A stretch of DNA of 63,315 nucleotides, filler included, from Intoshia linei (Eukaryota > Animalia > Orthonectida), in assembly GCA_001642005.1 (NCBI GenBank). It is 6 parts of 6 records of this genome, joined end to end, with 100 filler letters (N's around TTAATTAATTAA, not from the genome) between each part and the next. Parts side by side here need not be neighbours in the genome. Positions count along the whole stretch, not along the records: positions 55,255 to 63,315 come from LWCA01001490.1; 5 more parts are not named here. One strand, 5' to 3'. Made by a program: the position numbers and the translations under genes. The stretch's first letter is position 1. Each line of letters opens with the position of its first letter. The notes beneath the pieces are model-generated. The model was not told where the DNA came from and ran no database searches. It was given only the letters and a program-made list of their open reading frames with translations. Below, in pieces: positions 58,355-63,315 of the stretch.

Positions 58355-61083
58355 CTATGATCTGGCTAATTTTTCGCATTCCATTAAACATTCTCTGACA
58401 AGCAACCTAGGTTTGAATATTGATTTTAATTATTAATTTGATTAATATACTTGAATGGTACATTTTTAAACCGTTATTGATGAGTTATTCATTAATCACT
58501 CCACGTCAATAGTAAAAATTTATTCATCTAGGTAAGTGTTTCTTAAACTGGGTCCGTATAATCTTCCAGGAGGTCCGCAAAATAAATTATAACCAATTTT
58601 ATGATTACAACGCATTAAAAACTCAATTTATAAATTGTTTCCAACACTTGATAATTTTTCAAACATATCTAAACAAGAAATTTCTAATGATTTACGAGTA
58701 ACTTTTATGGATCATTTAACTTCTCTATTAAATTAATTCAGAAATTATTTTCCTATGCAAGATTTATGTAATCATTAGATTCGAAATCACATCTGTTTAA
58801 ATATTACAAATGCTAAAAAATTATCTATACCCCAGCAGGATATCCTTGTCGATTATCTGTCGAAAATTTATTTAACATTTATTATCAATAAAAATATTTT
58901 ATTTGGCAAACTTTCTAGATTCTTTTACACTAATTCATGATATTTTAAATTCATTATATCCTTACATATATAATATGCTTTGTTTGTCAGTGTGTGTATT
59001 ATCGTTTATTTCAACTACTAACTATAATAACTACCAGTCTTAGAATTTTATAAAGTCCACATTTCTATTACAGTTTTTTGGCAGGTGAAAATAAAATAAA
59101 TTTCAACCTCTTAAACTCATATCTTACGGGTCAAAAAGCCCAATTATCCTTTTTTTTGAAAATCAAACTAGTTCGAAAATTTAAAAAAATATACACTCTG
59201 ATACGGATTTTAAACTTATAAATTTAAAGAAAAATATCCTCAGGGCCAAAACCACAAATTAATTTATTTGAATGAAAACAATCCTAGAATTTAAAAAAAT
59301 ACAGGTGGTACAGTTGTATCCTGTTAACACACACAAAAAATTTCAATCTGAATATGACGCGTTCACAGTTCTTTAGTATTCAGTATAAAATCGCACTTTC
59401 GTATTCATATATTTTATTAAAAAAAAAATGTGAAATAATTAATGGTCCGAAAATTAAAAAAAAAGATTATTCTGATAGAGCTTATTCCAATTAATATAAA
59501 TACAAAATTTGACCCCAGAAATCTACGCATTTCTGGTGAAAAATACTTTTTAATATATTTTCAACCATTATTTTTCAAATATTTCGATTAAAATAAAAAT
59601 GTAAATATTGATCCTACAATTTAAAAAAATGTGCATTGAACGTCTACACATTTCCAATAAAGAAATATGAGTGAAAATCTATATAATTCATTCCATCGCA
59701 ATTTTTCAATCTCATTTTAATTCTCAATTTCAAAACATTTTGTTTAAAATTTAAATTAAAACTACAAAAACAAATTACTAAAAGTAATACAACTTTGTTA
59801 TTATCATTTTTATATTTATTACAATCCTTTATAATATTGGTAAAATTCACCTGAAATATGTTTTAAAGTTCTGATTCCGTTACTTATTGATACATAATCG
59901 TTATTTTTAAGTATTTATTAAATTGGTACTAAATATACATATTATCTGTATATTATCACATTAAAAATGACAAAATAAGTTTTTATAATTTTATTTAATT
60001 TTTTTCTGGAATTTATGCTATTTATGACAATTTTTAGGATTGCACTGTTTTTACTTTATTTTTAAAATTTTTTACGCAAATTTTAACCAACAAAAAATTA
60101 CAATGGAATAATTCAGTTTAAAGTAAAAAGTAATATGATATGATAGTTCCACCTGAAACAAGTTTGGGAACCACTCTTTTAAAGGATTGATAATAGTGAA
60201 TAGTAGAATTTTTAAGTTAGATTTTCAAGGTGAATTTATTTTTTTGGTAAAATAAAAATGTGCCCTCGGCAGAGCTAGGTGCTGTTTGTGCGTAATACAT
60301 AATAGTCAACCTGGTTATAATATATTAAACTTAAACCCGATAGTGTTATAATTATGCCACTATTGGGGTTTTTTACTTAGGTTAAAAAATGTTATAGTGG
60401 TATAATAAAAAAACCTGGCTTGTATGATGTTTCTTTTTAATCGTTCAGAACAGGTTCTATTATTTGTATATGACGGATGAATGTCTTTACACATATCGTG
60501 AATACAATTCACTAAACTGTTGTATCTGTCAGTGGAGTCATCATCTCTATCTTTTAAATTTTCCGCTAAATCGTAAGTATCACTAGCAATAAATTTTAAA
60601 GGTTTAATCTGGCCAACCATGCTGGAACGGGAATTTATGTTGTCTGGTATATTGGAATGGGTGCTTTGTTTCATGGTTCTGTACATTTGATTAACCATAT
60701 CGGGGCCATTTATATTCATTAAAGAATTGATGTCTAAAATAAAAATAATGCAAATTTTCTCAATTCAAACAATTATAATTATAGTTCCACTGTTAAACTA
60801 AACTGCCAACCAAGTTTTGAACATTTTAACAAAGTCGTTTTATTTAAAAATAAATAAATACCAGTCAATTGATCATCATTTAAATTTTTTCTATTATTCA
60901 TATCGTTTTCGTATTCTCTTCTTTTACGGTTTATTGTGGATTTACATAATCTGAAATAAATTCATTAACATGGTTAAATTCACATTAATTTATTTTAAAT
61001 TACCCAGTAATTTCAATAATATCTCGCGTAGAAAGTTGTCTATCGTAGCAATTGTATAAAACATCATTTGTATCGTTCGCCAT
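58355..61083 (-). CDS. CDK2AP1: CDK2-associated protein 1/2 (DOC-1; NuRD subunit), probably 4 exons
   Basis: RYNSLVNCIHDMCKDIHPSYTNNRTCSERLKRNIIQAR|LLVRECLMECEKLARS* matches the CDK2AP C-terminus (ERLKRGIIHAR.LVRECL.E.ER.ARS); last exon 58355-58406; two upstream phase-compatible exons lead to an ATG at 61083. Confidence 0.85.
58959..60314 (+). mobile_element. Full-length non-autonomous Helitron (about 1.36 kb) in CDK2AP1 intron
   Basis: Inserted between A and T, 5' TC, 3' CTGG (CTRR), no TSD or TIR; many partial copies in the window. Confidence 0.8.
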
Positions 61084-61366
61084 CAATATTTTAATTTTGG
61101 AAAAAATTCATAAAATTATATATTTAAAATGAAACTACGACGACTACAAAATATAAATATCATGGTGATCACTTATTTGTAATAATTTGTAATTTATAGA
61201 AATCCTTGAAATATTACTGATATTTATACAATAAAGTTTACATTTTATTTACATTGACAATGTCACAAGTTTTTATTTAAAAGTACGGATGTGGTGAATT
61301 TTGGAAATATTACTGTGTTTTGATATTCTTCAAATCTTTATTACGCCAAGTACATTTAAAGTAGGG

Positions 61367-61630
61367 TAGTGATTCTTAACGTGGGGGTTAGAGCCCCAGA
61401 TGCGTTTTCAAAATTTAGGTGGCCCTGCAACTAATAATGTTATAAATGTCAAATACAAATTTATATTATTGTCAACATCTTACATGATTCAAAATGGATT
61501 CAGTACTATAAACAAAATAGTGAGTAAAGATCGAAACAAAATTAATATATATCAAAGAGGTGATATTGTTGTCAAACTAACCATCATAAAACCAAGAATT
61601 AAGGAGTAGGCACTTAATCACCAGGCGCAA
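61367..61630 (+). mobile_element. hAT relic with transposase C-terminal fragment
   Basis: TAGTGATTCTTAAC TIR-like start; LSTSYMIQNGFS...KDRNKINIYQRGDIVVKLT..KPRI*ALNHQAQ. Confidence 0.6.
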
Positions 61631-61789
61631 ATAAATAAAAATTATTTACTTTTTTTCTATTATATTTTTTTAGAAAGACCCTTTTTTCACGTGGATACCT
61701 TTTTAATTTTAAGAAGTATCCATAAAAATTGAAATCGGTTAATATTTAACATCTAAGCTTCCTGCATTTAATAAATTATTGTTAATTAT

Positions 61790-62225
61790 GGAAATTCATA
61801 CAAAATGTTAAGATGAATGTAACTTTATTTTACATATAATTTGAAATGTGTCAATTGATAATGATGTACAACCATAGCAACGTATACTTTACCATTTTTT
61901 TTAAATCAAGTTCTAGCTCATTTATTTTGGTTTTTACGCAATTCTTTTTGAGTTTTACTTTATATTTTTTGGGGTGAATTGTGAGGAATTCAAACCTCAT
62001 TAAAAACCAAAATAAATGAGTTAGAAGTTATAGTTTTAAATATAGTTCTAAGTTAGAACTAAATTAAAAAAAAAAAAGCTCACAAAACATAGTTAACCAA
62101 ACGTTGCTATGGTTGCACCTCCTTAGCAACCCACATAATTCAGATTATAAATAAAAAAGTGGACACCCAATCACATAGAATACTTGATTTACTATACAGG
62201 TTTCATCCCAATTTTATGAAATTTA
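61790..62225. repeat. Degenerate foldback (palindromic) element
   Basis: Nested inverted pairs GTACAACCATAGCAACGT / ACGTTGCTATGGTTGCAC and TTCTAGCTCATTTATTTTGGTTTTTA / TAAAAACCAAAATAAATGAGTTAGAA. Confidence 0.6.
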
Positions 62226-62391
62226 CAAATGAAATGGAAATAGATTGACGGTAAATATAAATGACTATAATTATTAATTATAGTACTAAAACCAAATAAA
62301 AGACATTTCATTAATTAATATTATAAATGATACTTCAATTAAACAAAAAAAATATTTATTTTACAATCAATATTTTAACGGTTCCTTACTT

Positions 62392-63260
62392 TTATCTACA
62401 CAATTTTGTTTTAACATACGATCTATACTTTTCAGAAAATAATATATACAATAGGATTGATACAAGAATATGTATATGAAGAAATGTGGGCATATAATCG
62501 AAAGTAATAAAATATTGTTCCGTGATTATTCAAATTAAGGAAAAAACATTGCCAGATCCAAACAATTGAAGTAGGGAGCCATGTAACGAAAAATAGTAAA
62601 AAGATAAAAATTAATAATTTGACTGTATTGTTTTTGAAATTTTTTTGCCATCTAATACGTTGACTACATTTCACGGCATTGTCGTAAGACATTTGAATGG
62701 GAGTAAATGTTTTGAAACGCTTGAAATTGAAAAATTTAACCTTGTGAGAATATATATTTACAATAGTATTATTTGTTGATTTTTTATTAAGTTTTGTTAA
62801 ATTTATAGTTATTATATTTTTTATTGATATTATGGATAATATAAAGTGTAGATAAGTGTATATGGAGGGAATAATGTATCCTGAAAAATTGATAAATAAG
62901 TAGTAATACCTACGCAAATAGTATTTGTCACCCCAATTTGCAAAGAAAATTGGGACATTTTTTGCAATTATTGTTTTTCTAAATATAAACAGCCAAGGAA
63001 AAGAAAATACGAAAGAAAGTATCCAATTGATCACTAGAGCCTTGTAGCACAATTTTGTTCGTACGTACATATTTCATTTAATAAAGTTTTTGACTACCAA
63101 TAATTTGTTCAATGTCATCAAACATATAGTAAAGATACTTACAAAAAAACATATAAGTGTGTGGAAAACATTTTCTGGTGTAAACATCATGGCATATTTT
63201 GTAATATTAACTATTTTAATTTGGTGCAGTAATGCTGTACAAACTTTAAAGCATAAAAAT
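62392..63260 (-). pseudogene. Rhodopsin-class GPCR (galanin/allatostatin-A receptor-like), disrupted; 5' part not resolved
   Basis: TM3 VSIFTICLMTLNKLLVV, TM4 W...FSFPW, TM5 GYIIP, TM6 FFVTWLP, TM7 FRLYAHISSYTYSCINPIVY; in-frame TGA at 63074-63076 and a frameshift before helix 8 (SEKYRSYVK). Confidence 0.7.
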
Positions 63261-63315
63261 AAAATCTAAGTTAATTTTTTTAATCTATCACTATTTACAG
63301 AAATTTTTGATCCAT

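Noticed and set aside
63074-63076. TGA recoding (alternative genetic code or selenocysteine) in the GPCR
   Set aside because: PPP5C ends in TGA, conserved Trp codons elsewhere are TGG, and the GPCR has other lesions.

Overview
AT-rich, gene-dense animal (invertebrate-like) nuclear DNA with many very short (about 34-50 bp) GT-AG introns plus a few transposon-inflated long ones. A compact-genome invertebrate such as an orthonectid is a guess I cannot verify. The window is six contigs joined by an artificial 100-bp spacer (44 N + TTAATTAATTAA + 44 N), and several genes are cut at these joins. Apparently complete genes: actin, CCDC39, PPP5C, an LRRC74-like LRR/EF-hand gene, UBE2H and a CDK2AP1-like gene. 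Partial genes: DIMT1, HBS1L-like, HCCS, an NCX/SLC8 exchanger, PUS1-like and a CLC-type channel. There is also a disrupted galanin/allatostatin-A-receptor-like GPCR. The rest is non-autonomous Helitrons, hAT (Charlie/Buster-like) MITEs and relics, and TA-flanked MITEs. Main observations: (1) an HBS1 locus whose first long ORF ends in a Ski7-type F..SPDD motif and stops before the GTPase exons, suggesting two isoforms by alternative splicing; (2) an inverted, internally deleted actin/CCDC39 duplicate attached to a hAT MITE, with a matching excision footprint in a CCDC39 intron; (3) a CLC gene that appears to lack its last transmembrane helices. All gene identities come from recognising motifs by eye; no database search was run.
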